Shown here: piece after piece, positions 10,480 to 20,123 of the stretch
Layout: every line of letters begins with the position of its first letter
Position numbering within the stretch: the first letter of the stretch is position 1
Assembly (NCBI GenBank): GCA_004558485.1
Contig: SFCS01000006.1
Coordinates: forward strand, 14,041 to 78,040
Length of the DNA: 64,000 bases
Reading direction: 5' to 3'
From: Ruminococcus sp.
Lineage (GTDB): Bacteria > Bacillota > Clostridia > Oscillospirales > Acutalibacteraceae
The notes under the pieces: generated by a model
Told to the model about the DNA's origin: nothing
Databases searched by the model: none
What the model saw: the letters and a program-made list of their open reading frames with translations, nothing else
Translations under genes and position numbers: made by a program

Positions 10480-11141
10480 TCAAGGCCTGCATTTTCGACA
10501 TGGACGGCACCGTGTCCAACACCATCAACAGCATCACCTATTTCGGCAACAAGGCGCTCACGGAAAACGGCCTTTCCGGTTTTGCGCCCGACGACTATAA
10601 ATACATGGTCGGCAACGGCGCGGACATTTTGGTGCGGCGGATGTTTGTGAAAAACGGCTGCACCGACGAGGCGCTGTATAAAAAAGTGCTGAAGGAATAT
10701 AATGAAAGCTATGACAACGATTTTCTGTATCTCACCGCGCCCTATGACGGCATCCTGCCGCTGCTCGACGATCTGCGCGCGGCGGGGATCAAAACGGGCG
10801 TGCTTTCGAATAAGCCGCACTCCACAACGCTGAAGGTGGCGGATGCGCTGTTCGGCGATCGGCTGGATCTCTGCTTCGGGCAGAGAGAGGGGAAACCGAT
10901 CAAGCCCGATCCGACGGTGTTAAAGGAAATGCTTTCGATGCTCGGCATCACGCCCGACGAGTGCCTCTATGCGGGCGACACCGCGACCGACATGCAGACC
11001 GGAAAGGGCGCGGGCTGCTTCACCGTCGGCGTGCTTTGGGGCTTCCGCACCGAAAAGGAGCTGCGCGACAACCGCGCGGACGCGATCGTGGCAAAGCCCG
11101 CAGAAATTTTCAAACTGATAAAGGAGAAAAACGGCAAATGA
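10476..11141 (+). CDS. HAD-superfamily hydrolase (phosphoglycolate phosphatase-like)
   Basis: HAD motif I FDMDGTV at the N-terminus; motif IV GDTATDMQTG. Confidence 0.7.
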   Translation: MIKACIFDMDGTVSNTINSITYFGNKALTENGLSGFAPDDYKYMVGNGADILVRRMFVKNGCTDEALYKKVLKEYNESYDNDFLYLTAPYDGILPLLDDLRAAGIKTGVLSNKPHSTTLKVADALFGDRLDLCFGQREGKPIKPDPTVLKEMLSMLGITPDECLYAGDTATDMQTGKGAGCFTVGVLWGFRTEKELRDNRADAIVAKPAEIFKLIKEKNGK

Positions 11142-12094
11142 AGGTCATGATGATCGGCTGCGGCAGGTGGGGCTCGCTCATCGCGTGGTATCTTTCCACC
11201 CTTTCTCACGAGGTGACGCTGTACGGACGGGAAAGCTCCGCCCATATGCAGCGGTTTTTGCGGGAGCGAAAAAATGATCTGCTGACGCTGCCGTCGTCGG
11301 TGACGCTGACGACGGGGCTTGCGGCGGCACGGGACGCCGAGGTGATCCTCATTTCCGTTCCTGCGCAGTCGCTGCGCGCGCTTTTGCGCGAGCCGACGCT
11401 GCGCGCGCTGCGGGATAAAACCTTCGTTTTGTGCATGAAGGGCATCGAGGTGGAAACGGGGATGCGGCTGTCGCAGGTAACTGCCGCCGAGGTGGATCGC
11501 TCCAATCACATCGCCGTGTGGCTCGGTCCCGGGCATGTGCAGGATTTCTATGCCGGCATCCCCAACTGCATGGTCATCGACAGCGACGAGGACGCGGTGA
11601 AATGCCGCCTCATCGACGCATTTTCCGGCAAGCTCATCCGATTTTATTACGGCGATGACATGATCGGCAACGAGATCGGCGCGGCGGCGAAAAATGTCAT
11701 CGGCATTGCCGCAGGCGTGCTGGACGGGTTGGGGCTGTCCACGCTCAAGGGTGCGCTCATGTCCCGCGGAACGCGCGAGGTGGCAAGGCTCATCGCCGCT
11801 ATGGGCGGCAACGAGCGCTCGGCATACGGGCTTTGCCACCTCGGCGACTATGAGGCGACGCTGTTTTCACCCTACAGTCACAACCGCGCCTATGGCGAAG
11901 GTCTCATCACCGGCGCGCCGATGACAAAGCTCGCCGAGGGACATCCGACCGCGGCGGCGCTGCACAAGCTGGCGGCGGAAAACGGCGTGGAAATGCCGAT
12001 CGTTTCGGCGGTCTACAGCATCCTGTATGAGGGTGCTGCGCCGAAGGAGGCAATCGACCGCCTTTTTGAGCGCCGCCAGGGACAGGAGTTTTGA
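11138..12094 (+). CDS. gpsA: NAD(P)H-dependent glycerol-3-phosphate dehydrogenase
   Basis: N-terminal Rossmann fold MKVMMIGCGRWGS. GpsA-like C-terminal domain (GNEIGAAAKNVIGIAAG). Confidence 0.75.
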   Translation: MKVMMIGCGRWGSLIAWYLSTLSHEVTLYGRESSAHMQRFLRERKNDLLTLPSSVTLTTGLAAARDAEVILISVPAQSLRALLREPTLRALRDKTFVLCMKGIEVETGMRLSQVTAAEVDRSNHIAVWLGPGHVQDFYAGIPNCMVIDSDEDAVKCRLIDAFSGKLIRFYYGDDMIGNEIGAAAKNVIGIAAGVLDGLGLSTLKGALMSRGTREVARLIAAMGGNERSAYGLCHLGDYEATLFSPYSHNRAYGEGLITGAPMTKLAEGHPTAAALHKLAAENGVEMPIVSAVYSILYEGAAPKEAIDRLFERRQGQEF

Positions 12095-13023
12095 CGATGG
12101 AAACGGTCGGACGCTTTGCCCCGACGCCGTCGGGCAGGCTGCATCTCGGCAATGTGCTGTGCGCGCTGCTTTCGTGGCTTTCCGCGAAAAAGCAGGGCGG
12201 GCGTGTGCTGCTGCGCGTCGAGGATCTCGACACCGCCCGCTGCGGCGGCGAGACGCTCACCCCGCTGCTTTTGGACGATCTTGCCTTTTTGGGGCTGCGC
12301 TTTGACGGCGGCTATGAAAAGGAAAACTATCAGAGCCGCCGCACGGCGGTGTATGAAAGCTATTTTGAAAAGCTGCACGCGGCGGGGCTTTTGTATCCTT
12401 GCTATTGCTCCCGCGCACAGCTGCACGCGGCGAGAGCGCCCCATGCCGCCGACGGACAGGCGGTGTATGACGGGCATTGCCGCCGCTATCTGCACGGCGA
12501 GGCGCCGCCTGCGGGGAAAGCGCCCGCCTGGCGGCTGACCGTGCCGGAGGAAACGGTGCGTTTCACCGACGGGCTGCAGGGGGACTATGCGGAAAACCTA
12601 AAGACCGCCTGCGGCGATTTTTTGGTGCGGCGGGCGGACGGCGTGTTTGCCTATCAGCTTGCGGTGGTGGTGGATGACGCGCTCACGGGCGTGAACGAGG
12701 TGGTGCGCGGCAGAGATCTTTTGTCCTCCACGCCGCGGCAGCTCTATCTCTATCGTCTGTTTGGGTTCACGCCGCCGCGGTTTTATCACATTCCGCTGCT
12801 GCTCGACGCGCACGGCAACAGACTTTCGAAGCGCGACGGTGCGCTCGACATGGGTGCGCTGCGGGAGCGCTTTTCCTCGCCGGAGCCGCTCATCGGGCTG
12901 TTGGCGCTGACGCTGGGACTTGTCGATCACTATACCCCGCTGACGGCAGAGGCGCTTTTGCCGCGCTTTGACTGGTCGCGCATCCCGAAAACCGATCTGC
13001 GTCTTGCAGATGTCAAGTGGTAA
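12091..13023 (+). CDS. gluQ: tRNA glutamyl-Q(34) synthetase (truncated GluRS paralogue)
   Basis: Class I aaRS catalytic core (RFAPTPSGRLHLGN … LSKR) at about 310 aa with no anticodon-binding domain. Confidence 0.7.
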   Translation: MTMETVGRFAPTPSGRLHLGNVLCALLSWLSAKKQGGRVLLRVEDLDTARCGGETLTPLLLDDLAFLGLRFDGGYEKENYQSRRTAVYESYFEKLHAAGLLYPCYCSRAQLHAARAPHAADGQAVYDGHCRRYLHGEAPPAGKAPAWRLTVPEETVRFTDGLQGDYAENLKTACGDFLVRRADGVFAYQLAVVVDDALTGVNEVVRGRDLLSSTPRQLYLYRLFGFTPPRFYHIPLLLDAHGNRLSKRDGALDMGALRERFSSPEPLIGLLALTLGLVDHYTPLTAEALLPRFDWSRIPKTDLRLADVKW

Positions 13024-13204
13024 TACATAGGGTCAAAACGCCACGCGAAAGCCTTCGCGCGGCGTTTTTCCGTATTTTACCATACCCCTGCCCGCATTTT
13101 ACAAGGATTTACCGCGCTTTACCGCCGCGGGGAGCCGCAGCCGGCTGCCCTTTTGGAGCTTGCGGAGGACGCATTGGCGGCACAGTACGGCGGGTGAAGG
13201 TCGC

Positions 13205-13252
13205 CCGAAAAAAATCCCTGCACGGCATTGCCGTGCAGGGATAAATTTTTGA
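13205..13252. terminator. bidirectional terminator between gluQ and hydA
   Basis: Perfect hairpin TCCCTGCACGGCATTGCCGTGCAGGGA flanked by A-tract and T-tract. Confidence 0.6.
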
Positions 13253-13265
13253 ACGGTTTTTTTGC

Positions 13266-15008
13266 TTAACGGAACTTCTTGCGGGCGGTGTAGTGCGTAT
13301 GCAGCACTTCGTGCGCCTTGTGGCTGCCGAAGCTCCCAAAGTAATCCTTGTAGATCTCGACGACCATCGGGTTCTGATGCGACTTGCGCAGCGGCATGTC
13401 GCGATCCATGTCATACAGCACCTTGGCACGCTTGGCGCGGTAGTCCTCGAAGTTGCGCACCACGGCGGGCACGATCGGCTGACCGCCGCCGTTGATGCAG
13501 CCGCCGGGGCAGCACATGATCTCAACGAAGGTCCACGGCGCCGTGCCGTCCTTGATCATGCTCATCACATGGTTGGCAGCCGTCAGACCGCTGGCGACCG
13601 CGACTTTGACCTCAAGGCCCGCGATGTTGTAGGTCGCTTCCTTGAGACCCTCCATGCCGCGCACCTCGGTGAAGTCCACAGAGCCGTTGTCCTTGCCGGT
13701 GAGCACGTCGTTTGCCGTGCGTAGCGCCGCCTCCATCACGCCGCCGGTCGCGCCGAAAATGACGGCAGCGCCGGTGTCCGCACCGAGCGGCATATCAAAC
13801 TCTTCATCCGGCAGTGCGGTGAAGTTCAGACCTGCGCGGCGGATCATGCGGGCAAGCTCACGGGTGGTGATGGAAATGTCTACATCCGGCATGCCGGCTG
13901 CGTCCTCATCTTCACGGGTGATCTCGAATTTCTTTGCGGTGCAGGGCATGACCGAAACCGACACGATGTTACGCGGGTCGATGCCGTTTTTCTCGGCATA
14001 ATAGGTTTTCAGAATAGCACCGAACATCTGCTGCGGGGATTTGCAGGTGGAAAGATTGGCGAGCTGATCGGGATAATACAGCTCCGCAAACTTCACCCAG
14101 CCGGGCGAGCAGGAAGTGATCATCGGCAGCACGCCGCCGTTCTTCACGCGGTGGACAAGCTCGGTCGCCTCCTCGACGATCGTCATGTCCGCACCGAAAT
14201 CGGTGTCAAACACCTTGTCAAAGCCCAGTCTGCGCAGCGCGGCAACCATCTTGCCTTCGCAGGGCGTGCCGATCGGCAGCCCGAATTCCTCGCCGATCGC
14301 CGCACGGACGGCGGGAGCGGTCTGCACGAGAACGATCTTGTCCGGATCGGACAGCGCCTCGAACACCTCGGCGGTGTTGTCCTTTTCGCGCAGCGCACCG
14401 GTCGGGCAGACATTGATGCACTGACCGCAGGAGACACAGGGCACATCGCCCAGCGGCTTTTCAAACGCACACGCGATGTGGGTGTCGATGCCGCGGTCGT
14501 TCGCGCCGATGACCGACACGAACTGCTGCTGACAGGCAGCGACGCAGCGGCGGCACAGGATGCACTTGTTGTTGTCGCGGATCATGTGCGGAGAGGACTC
14601 GTCGAGCGCATATTCCGGATGGAAGCCGTCATATTTGCCGTTGTCCTCCACACCGTAGTCGAGACACAGCTTCTGCAGCTCGCAGTTGGTGGAGCGCACG
14701 CAGGAAAGGCACTTTTTCTCATGTGTCGAGAGAATGAGCTCCAGCGTCGTCTTGCGGGCGGCGCGCACCTTGTCGGTGTTGGTCTGAATTTCCATGCCCT
14801 CGGCAACCGGATAGACACAGGCGGTTACAAGGCCGCGCGCACCGGTCGCTTCGACCACGCAGATACGGCAGGCGCCGATCTCGTTCATATCCTTCAAATA
14901 GCACAGCGTGGGGATCTCCACACCGGCAGCGTGAGCCGCTTCCAGAATGGTGGAGCCCTTCGGCACACTGACGGCAATGCCGTTCACTTTTACATTAACC
15001 ATATCCAT
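13266..15008 (-). CDS. hydA: [FeFe] hydrogenase catalytic subunit HydA (bifurcating HydABC type)
   Basis: N-terminal 2Fe-2S plus 4Fe-4S ferredoxin domains. H-cluster motifs TSCSPGW, MPCTAKK and ExMCCPGGCxxGGGQP present. Start at ATG 15008 after AGGAG. Confidence 0.85.
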   Translation of the reverse strand: MDMVNVKVNGIAVSVPKGSTILEAAHAAGVEIPTLCYLKDMNEIGACRICVVEATGARGLVTACVYPVAEGMEIQTNTDKVRAARKTTLELILSTHEKKCLSCVRSTNCELQKLCLDYGVEDNGKYDGFHPEYALDESSPHMIRDNNKCILCRRCVAACQQQFVSVIGANDRGIDTHIACAFEKPLGDVPCVSCGQCINVCPTGALREKDNTAEVFEALSDPDKIVLVQTAPAVRAAIGEEFGLPIGTPCEGKMVAALRRLGFDKVFDTDFGADMTIVEEATELVHRVKNGGVLPMITSCSPGWVKFAELYYPDQLANLSTCKSPQQMFGAILKTYYAEKNGIDPRNIVSVSVMPCTAKKFEITREDEDAAGMPDVDISITTRELARMIRRAGLNFTALPDEEFDMPLGADTGAAVIFGATGGVMEAALRTANDVLTGKDNGSVDFTEVRGMEGLKEATYNIAGLEVKVAVASGLTAANHVMSMIKDGTAPWTFVEIMCCPGGCINGGGQPIVPAVVRNFEDYRAKRAKVLYDMDRDMPLRKSHQNPMVVEIYKDYFGSFGSHKAHEVLHTHYTARKKFR

Positions 15009-15025
15009 GACAGCACACTCCTTTC

Positions 15026-16822
15026 TTAACCTTTTTTGATCGCACCGAAGTTGCAGTTCGCCAAGCAGGCACCGCACTTGATGCATTTATCCTGATGGAT
15101 GACATGCGGCTGCTTGACAGCGCCGGAGATCGCACCCACCGGGCAGTTACGGGCACACTTGGTGCAGCCCTTACATTTCTCTGCGTCAATGGTGAATTGC
15201 AGCAGATCCTTGCAGACGCCGGCGGGACATTTTTTGTCCACCACATGCGCAATGTACTCGTCGCGGAAGAATTTCAGCGTGGACAGCACGGGGTTGGGCG
15301 CCGTCTGGCCGAGACCGCACAGCGAGTTGTTTTTGATGTAATAGCACAGCTCCTCCAGCTCGTCGATGTCCTTGAGCGTGCCGTTGCCCTTGGTGATCTT
15401 GTCGAGCTTTTCAAGCAGACGCTTTGTGCCGACGCGGCAGGGCGTACATTTGCCGCAGGATTCGTCAACGGTGAATTCAAGGAAGAATTTTGCCATGTCG
15501 ACCATACAGGTGTCCTCGTCCATGACGATAAGGCCGCCCGAGCCCATCATGCAGCCGATGGCGATGAGGTTGTCATAGTCCACGGGCGTGTCGATGAGGG
15601 AAGCGGGGATACAGCCGCCGGACGGGCCGCCGGTCTGTGCCGCCTTGAACTTCTTGCCGTTCGGGATGCCGCCGCCGATGTCCTCGATGATTTCGCGCAG
15701 CGTCGTGCCCATCGGGATCTCCACAAGGCCGGTGTGCTTGATTTTGCCGCCGAGGGCAAAGACCTTGGTGCCCTTGGATTTCTCCGTGCCCATGGATGCG
15801 AACCACTCGGCGCCGCGCAGAATGATCTGCGGCACATTGGCGAAGGTCTCAACATTATTTTCAACGGTCGGGGACTGATACAGACCCTTCACCGCCGGAT
15901 ACGGCGGACGCGGGCGCGGCTCGCCGCGGTTGCCCTCGATGGAGGTCATGAGCGCGGTCTCCTCGCCGCACACGAACGCGCCGGCGCCGAGACGGATATG
16001 CAGGTCGAAGTCGAAGCCGGAATTGAAGATGTTTTTGCCGAGCAGGCCGTATTCGCGCGCCTGCTCAATGGCAATCTGCAGACGGGCAACGGCGATCGGA
16101 TACTCCGCACGGACATAAACATAGCCCTCGGTCGCGCCGATGGCATAGCCCGCGATCGCCATCGCCTCGATGACGGTGTGCGGATCGCCTTCCAGGACGG
16201 AACGGTCCATGAACGCGCCGGGGTCGCCCTCGTCGGCGTTGCAGACGACATACTTCTGCGGCGCTTTGTTCGGCGCGGTCAGCGCCCATTTTCTGCCGGT
16301 CGGGAAGCCGCCGCCGCCTCTGCCGCGCAGACCGGAGTCGGTGATCACCTTAATGACCTCCTCCGGTGTCATCTCGGTCAGCACCTTGCCCAGAGCGGCA
16401 TAGCCGTCCATGGCGATATATTCGTCGATGTTTTCGGGGTTGATGACGCCGCAGTTGCGCAGCACGACGCGGTTCTGCGTCTTGTAGAACGCGGTGTCGT
16501 TGAGGGAGACATTGCCCTCGACCGGTTCGTCCGAGCCGGTGTCGTTGTAGACAAGGCGCTCGACGATCCTGCCCTTGAGCAGATGCTCGGACACGATCTC
16601 CGGCACATCGTTTGCCGTCACGCGGCTGTAGAAGGTGCCGTCGGGATGGATGATGACGACCGGACCGAGCGCGCAGAGACCGAAGCAGCCGGTCTGCACG
16701 ATTTTGATCTCTTCGGAAAGACCGTTTTTCTCGATGGCGTCCCTGAACGCCTCCTGGATTGCTTTACTGCCCGAGGAGGTACAGCCGGTACCGCCGCAGA
16801 TCAGCACATGAGTACGAATCAT
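15026..16822 (-). CDS. hydB: NADH-binding flavoprotein subunit HydB (NuoF-like, 598 aa)
   Basis: NuoF-like FMN/NADH-binding domain, SLBB domain and C-terminal 2x[4Fe-4S] motifs. Confidence 0.85.
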   Translation of the reverse strand: MIRTHVLICGGTGCTSSGSKAIQEAFRDAIEKNGLSEEIKIVQTGCFGLCALGPVVIIHPDGTFYSRVTANDVPEIVSEHLLKGRIVERLVYNDTGSDEPVEGNVSLNDTAFYKTQNRVVLRNCGVINPENIDEYIAMDGYAALGKVLTEMTPEEVIKVITDSGLRGRGGGGFPTGRKWALTAPNKAPQKYVVCNADEGDPGAFMDRSVLEGDPHTVIEAMAIAGYAIGATEGYVYVRAEYPIAVARLQIAIEQAREYGLLGKNIFNSGFDFDLHIRLGAGAFVCGEETALMTSIEGNRGEPRPRPPYPAVKGLYQSPTVENNVETFANVPQIILRGAEWFASMGTEKSKGTKVFALGGKIKHTGLVEIPMGTTLREIIEDIGGGIPNGKKFKAAQTGGPSGGCIPASLIDTPVDYDNLIAIGCMMGSGGLIVMDEDTCMVDMAKFFLEFTVDESCGKCTPCRVGTKRLLEKLDKITKGNGTLKDIDELEELCYYIKNNSLCGLGQTAPNPVLSTLKFFRDEYIAHVVDKKCPAGVCKDLLQFTIDAEKCKGCTKCARNCPVGAISGAVKQPHVIHQDKCIKCGACLANCNFGAIKKG

Positions 16823-16839
16823 AGTGTTTACCTCCTCTT

Positions 16840-17211
16840 TTATGCCTGCCCGTTACCGATCGTATAGTCAACGACCGGCTTGCCGCCTTTTAAGTGTTCC
16901 TCAATGACGCGCGCGACCTTGTCGGCGGTCATCTTGACATAGGTCACCTTGTCCTTGCCCGCCTCAAATACCTCCACGATCGGCTCATACTGGCAAAGAC
17001 CGATGCAGCCGGTCTGCGTGACCGTGATGCTGCCGGCAAGACCCGCCGCATTCACGCCCTCGACAAACGCGTTCAGCACCGGACGCGCGCCGGCGGCAAT
17101 GCCGCAGGTCGCCATGCCGACCACCACGCGCTTTTCACCGGAATCGCTGCGCAGCGCGACCTTGTCATGCATCTTATCGCGAATTGCCTGAAGTTCTGCT
17201 AAGGTTTTCAT
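16840..17211 (-). CDS. thioredoxin-like [2Fe-2S] ferredoxin (HndB-like)
   Basis: 123-aa protein with Cys pattern (ATCGIAAG … TGCIGLC) typical of the small HndB/NuoE-like ferredoxin in hyd operons. Confidence 0.65.
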   Translation of the reverse strand: MKTLAELQAIRDKMHDKVALRSDSGEKRVVVGMATCGIAAGARPVLNAFVEGVNAAGLAGSITVTQTGCIGLCQYEPIVEVFEAGKDKVTYVKMTADKVARVIEEHLKGGKPVVDYTIGNGQA

Positions 17212-17235
17212 AGGAATTCTTCCCTTCGTAAGAAT

Positions 17236-17790
17236 TTACTGATTTATAGACTGGTATTGCTCACGCAAATAGCCCTCAATCCATTTGAGTACCTCATAGG
17301 TGTCGAGCGGCACATCCCCCAGCACCTCCCGCAGCTGCCGCGTGTCCAGCGTGACAGTGCCGGCGTCGGTGCGATGGGAAAAGGCAAGCTCTTCTTGCGG
17401 ATGCCCCTGTATCAGGGTCAAAAGCGTCGCGGTCACATCGCCCAGAGGCATACAGTCGATGTGATCGGTGTGAAAGGTCGCGCGCACGGTCGTGCCGTGA
17501 CCGTCGGGACATTGCGCCGCCGTGCGGGAAGTGACGGTGAGCGTTCCGCCCGTCTGCTCCGCCTCCAGCTTCAGGAGCGGCAGCCCCAGCCCCACCCTGC
17601 GGGTGGTGCGGGTGGTATAAAACGGGTCGGTCACCCGACGGACGGTCTCGGCGTCCATGCCGCAGCCGTCGTCCGTAATTTCGATCGTCAGCACATTGCC
17701 CGCCTGCGTCAGCGACACGGTGATGAGCGTTGCGCCCGCCTTCACGGAATTTTCCGCAATGTCGAGAATGTTGAGCGAAAGCTCCTTCAT
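17236..17790 (-). CDS. histidine-kinase-like ATPase domain protein (HATPase_c only)
   Basis: Begins MKELSLNILDIAENS and contains a GxGxG ATP lid (DDGCGMD … GLGLPLL). Start ATG 17790 after GGGAGGGAG; the track ORF extension to 18057 is Arg-rich junk. Confidence 0.65.
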   Translation of the reverse strand: MKELSLNILDIAENSVKAGATLITVSLTQAGNVLTIEITDDGCGMDAETVRRVTDPFYTTRTTRRVGLGLPLLKLEAEQTGGTLTVTSRTAAQCPDGHGTTVRATFHTDHIDCMPLGDVTATLLTLIQGHPQEELAFSHRTDAGTVTLDTRQLREVLGDVPLDTYEVLKWIEGYLREQYQSINQ

Positions 17791-18506
17791 CGGTCTCCCT
17801 CCCGCAAGCGTTCGATGAGCCTTTTTGCCGGATCGCCGTCGGCAAGCTCCAAAGTGTTTGCCTTGTCGCGGATGTCCCACAGATAGTGCGCATCCGAGCT
17901 GATGATCACCGTCTGCGGCAGCGTCATTTTCGCTCGCAGCGGCGGCTCCTTTTCGCCGTCGTGCAGCTCGACGCAGGAAAACCGCGGCGTGTCCGGCAGC
18001 ATGCCGAGCACGGCAAGGATGCCGTTTGCCTCGCGGTCGATGTGCGCAGGATAGCACACACCGTGATATTTTGCCGCGAGCGGCACGCTCTCGTCGAGCG
18101 AAACGCCCGTCGCGTTGGAAAGCAGGTGCTCCTCAACGCCGAGAACATTGTCCGCAGCATCCGTGAGCAGCTGCTCCCCGAAGATGTCGGGGCGGTTTTT
18201 GATCCGCACCCGCCGCGTGTCGATCTCCTCGTCGAATGCCAAAGCGTCCGAGAGCGTCGGGAACAGGCAGACCATGTGGATATCCTCCGCCGTGGTCAGC
18301 TCCATCCCCGCAACGGGGATGATGCCCATTTCCGCTGCCGCCTCAAAAAACGCAGGGCAGTTGCGACAGGTGTTGTGATCCGTCAATGCCATGAGCTGCA
18401 GCCCCGCCAGCTTGCCGACGCCCGCCAGGTTGCGCGGCGTGTTGTCGTTGTCGGCGCAGGGGGACAGACAGGAATGGAGGTGCAGATCGTAATAAAAGCG
18501 GCTCAT
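17787..18506 (-). CDS. PHP domain metal-dependent phosphoesterase
   Basis: N-terminal YYDLHLHSCLSPCA and HNT motifs of the PHP superfamily. Confidence 0.65.
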   Translation of the reverse strand: MSRFYYDLHLHSCLSPCADNDNTPRNLAGVGKLAGLQLMALTDHNTCRNCPAFFEAAAEMGIIPVAGMELTTAEDIHMVCLFPTLSDALAFDEEIDTRRVRIKNRPDIFGEQLLTDAADNVLGVEEHLLSNATGVSLDESVPLAAKYHGVCYPAHIDREANGILAVLGMLPDTPRFSCVELHDGEKEPPLRAKMTLPQTVIISSDAHYLWDIRDKANTLELADGDPAKRLIERLREGDR

Positions 18507-18832
18507 GAGAGCGCCGCGTGCAGCCGCAGAGCGGTCTCATAGGCGCCATAGGTGCTCAAAAGCACATTGACGCCCTTTTCGGCGGCAAGAGCCGCCATGC
18601 CCTCGTCCGGCTGTACACCCTCCGCCAGCACCACACAGGCGGCGTCACACAGCGCCGCCACCGCCGGCACATTGCGGTTGGACATAATGGTGATCCAGAC
18701 ATTGCCCTCGCGGGCACGCCCCATCACCCAACTCAAAAGATCGCCGATATACACGCCGTCGGCAACGCGCTCCGGCTGCGGCAGCGCCGCAGCGGAAAAT
18801 CCCGAAAGCGCCGCAAGCTCACGCACCGTCAT
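18503..18832 (-). CDS. DRTGG domain protein
   Basis: About 110-aa protein with a DRTGG-like core. Start at the second ATG (18832), 10 nt after GAGGAGG. Confidence 0.5.
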   Translation of the reverse strand: MTVRELAALSGFSAAALPQPERVADGVYIGDLLSWVMGRAREGNVWITIMSNRNVPAVAALCDAACVVLAEGVQPDEGMAALAAEKGVNVLLSTYGAYETALRLHAALS

Positions 18833-20090
18833 GGGCATCCTCCTCTTTTTCGCGCCGCGACAGCACACAGCCGTCCGCTGACGCTCTGCCGCACACCACA
18901 TCCTCCGCAAAGGCGCGGCAGGTGGGCGCGCCGCAGGCACCGCAGTCGATGCCGGGCAGGCTGCCCCTGAGCGCCTGAATGTCGGCTAACATCCGCATGG
19001 ACTGTGCCATGCTGCTTGAAAGCTGTGAGATCGGCTGATATTCCGGCATCTCCTCAAAGAAATAGGCGGCGGGGATATACTGCTCATCGGGAGACAGCAG
19101 GTTCTGCGACACCGGCAGATACCGCCGCAGCGTTTGCATGCGCGCTTTGGCGATGAATGGATCCTGAATATTCAGCACACCGCCGACGCAGCCGCCCGTG
19201 CAGGCGTTGAGCTCGACGAACTCCAGCGGCGGGATGTTGCCGTTTTCGATCTGATCGAGCACATGGATGATGTGCTCGATGCCGTCCGCCGCCAGATAGC
19301 GGTCGTTGAACAGCGCGGTCGCCTCACCGCCGGTCGTCGCCCAGCCGATGCCGATCATGCCCGACTCGGAAAGCGAGGCTTCCGGCGCGGTGTGGGACAT
19401 GGCGCCGATCAGCTCAAAATAGATGTCGCTGACCGAAACGACCGCATCCACCTGACTTTTGTAGCCCGCAAAGCCGTTTTTCACATAGCTCACTTTCGCG
19501 GGACACGGCGAAATGAAGCAAACGCCGATGTCGTCGGGGGAAAGCTCCGGGTGCTGCCTTTGCGCCCTCTCGCGGGCAAGCCTTGCCGCGATCTCCATCG
19601 GGGGCAGCATCTGCAAAAGGTTTTCCTTCAATGACGGAAACCGCAGAGCGATCAGCCGCACCACAACGGGGCACGCCGAGCTGATGATCGGTTTTTTGAT
19701 CCCTTCGGTGTTCAGATACAGGCGGGTGTATGCGGACACCAGCTCCGCCGCCTGCGACACCTCATACACATCGTCGAAACCGATGCGCAAAAGACCGCCG
19801 AGCACACAATCCACATCATCGAGATTGTCAAACTGCCCATACAAAGCGGGCGCGGGAAGAGCGATCTTCCATTTGAAGCGCTGCATATCCGACAGCTTGT
19901 TGCACACCGCACGCTTTGCCTTTTGCTGACAGGTGCGGATGCATTCACCGCAATCGATGCAGCGGTTCTCCTTGATGGTTGCGTGGCCGTCCCGCACACG
20001 GATCGCCTCGGTCGGGCAATGCCGGAGGCAGGTGGTGCAGCCGGTGCACTTCTCGGCGTCTAAGAACACGGAATGTGCGTATGTATGCAT
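18819..20090 (-). CDS. HydS-like sensory [FeFe] hydrogenase homologue (2x[4Fe-4S] + divergent H-cluster domain + C-terminal 4-Cys motif)
   Basis: N-terminal CxxCxxCxxxCP pair, then degenerate H-cluster motifs (SSACPVVV, ISPCPAKV, ELNACTGGCVGG). C-terminal CGACGAPTCRAFAEDVVCGRASADGC. No PAS domain. Confidence 0.7.
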   Translation of the reverse strand: MHTYAHSVFLDAEKCTGCTTCLRHCPTEAIRVRDGHATIKENRCIDCGECIRTCQQKAKRAVCNKLSDMQRFKWKIALPAPALYGQFDNLDDVDCVLGGLLRIGFDDVYEVSQAAELVSAYTRLYLNTEGIKKPIISSACPVVVRLIALRFPSLKENLLQMLPPMEIAARLARERAQRQHPELSPDDIGVCFISPCPAKVSYVKNGFAGYKSQVDAVVSVSDIYFELIGAMSHTAPEASLSESGMIGIGWATTGGEATALFNDRYLAADGIEHIIHVLDQIENGNIPPLEFVELNACTGGCVGGVLNIQDPFIAKARMQTLRRYLPVSQNLLSPDEQYIPAAYFFEEMPEYQPISQLSSSMAQSMRMLADIQALRGSLPGIDCGACGAPTCRAFAEDVVCGRASADGCVLSRREKEEDAHDGA

Positions 20091-20123
20091 AAACAGCCCT
20101 CCGTCCGTGCGAAGCGGCACTCC

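Noticed and set aside
15095-16867. 590-aa plus-strand ORF, and the 14151-15029 plus-strand ORF
   Set aside because: They are antisense to hydB and hydA, whose Fe-S and H-cluster motifs are unambiguous on the minus strand.
17294-17893. Alternative minus-strand frame (199 aa) across the HATPase gene
   Set aside because: It is an out-of-frame, Arg/Gly-rich translation. The MKELSLNILDIAENS frame has the GHKL ATP-lid motifs and a strong RBS.
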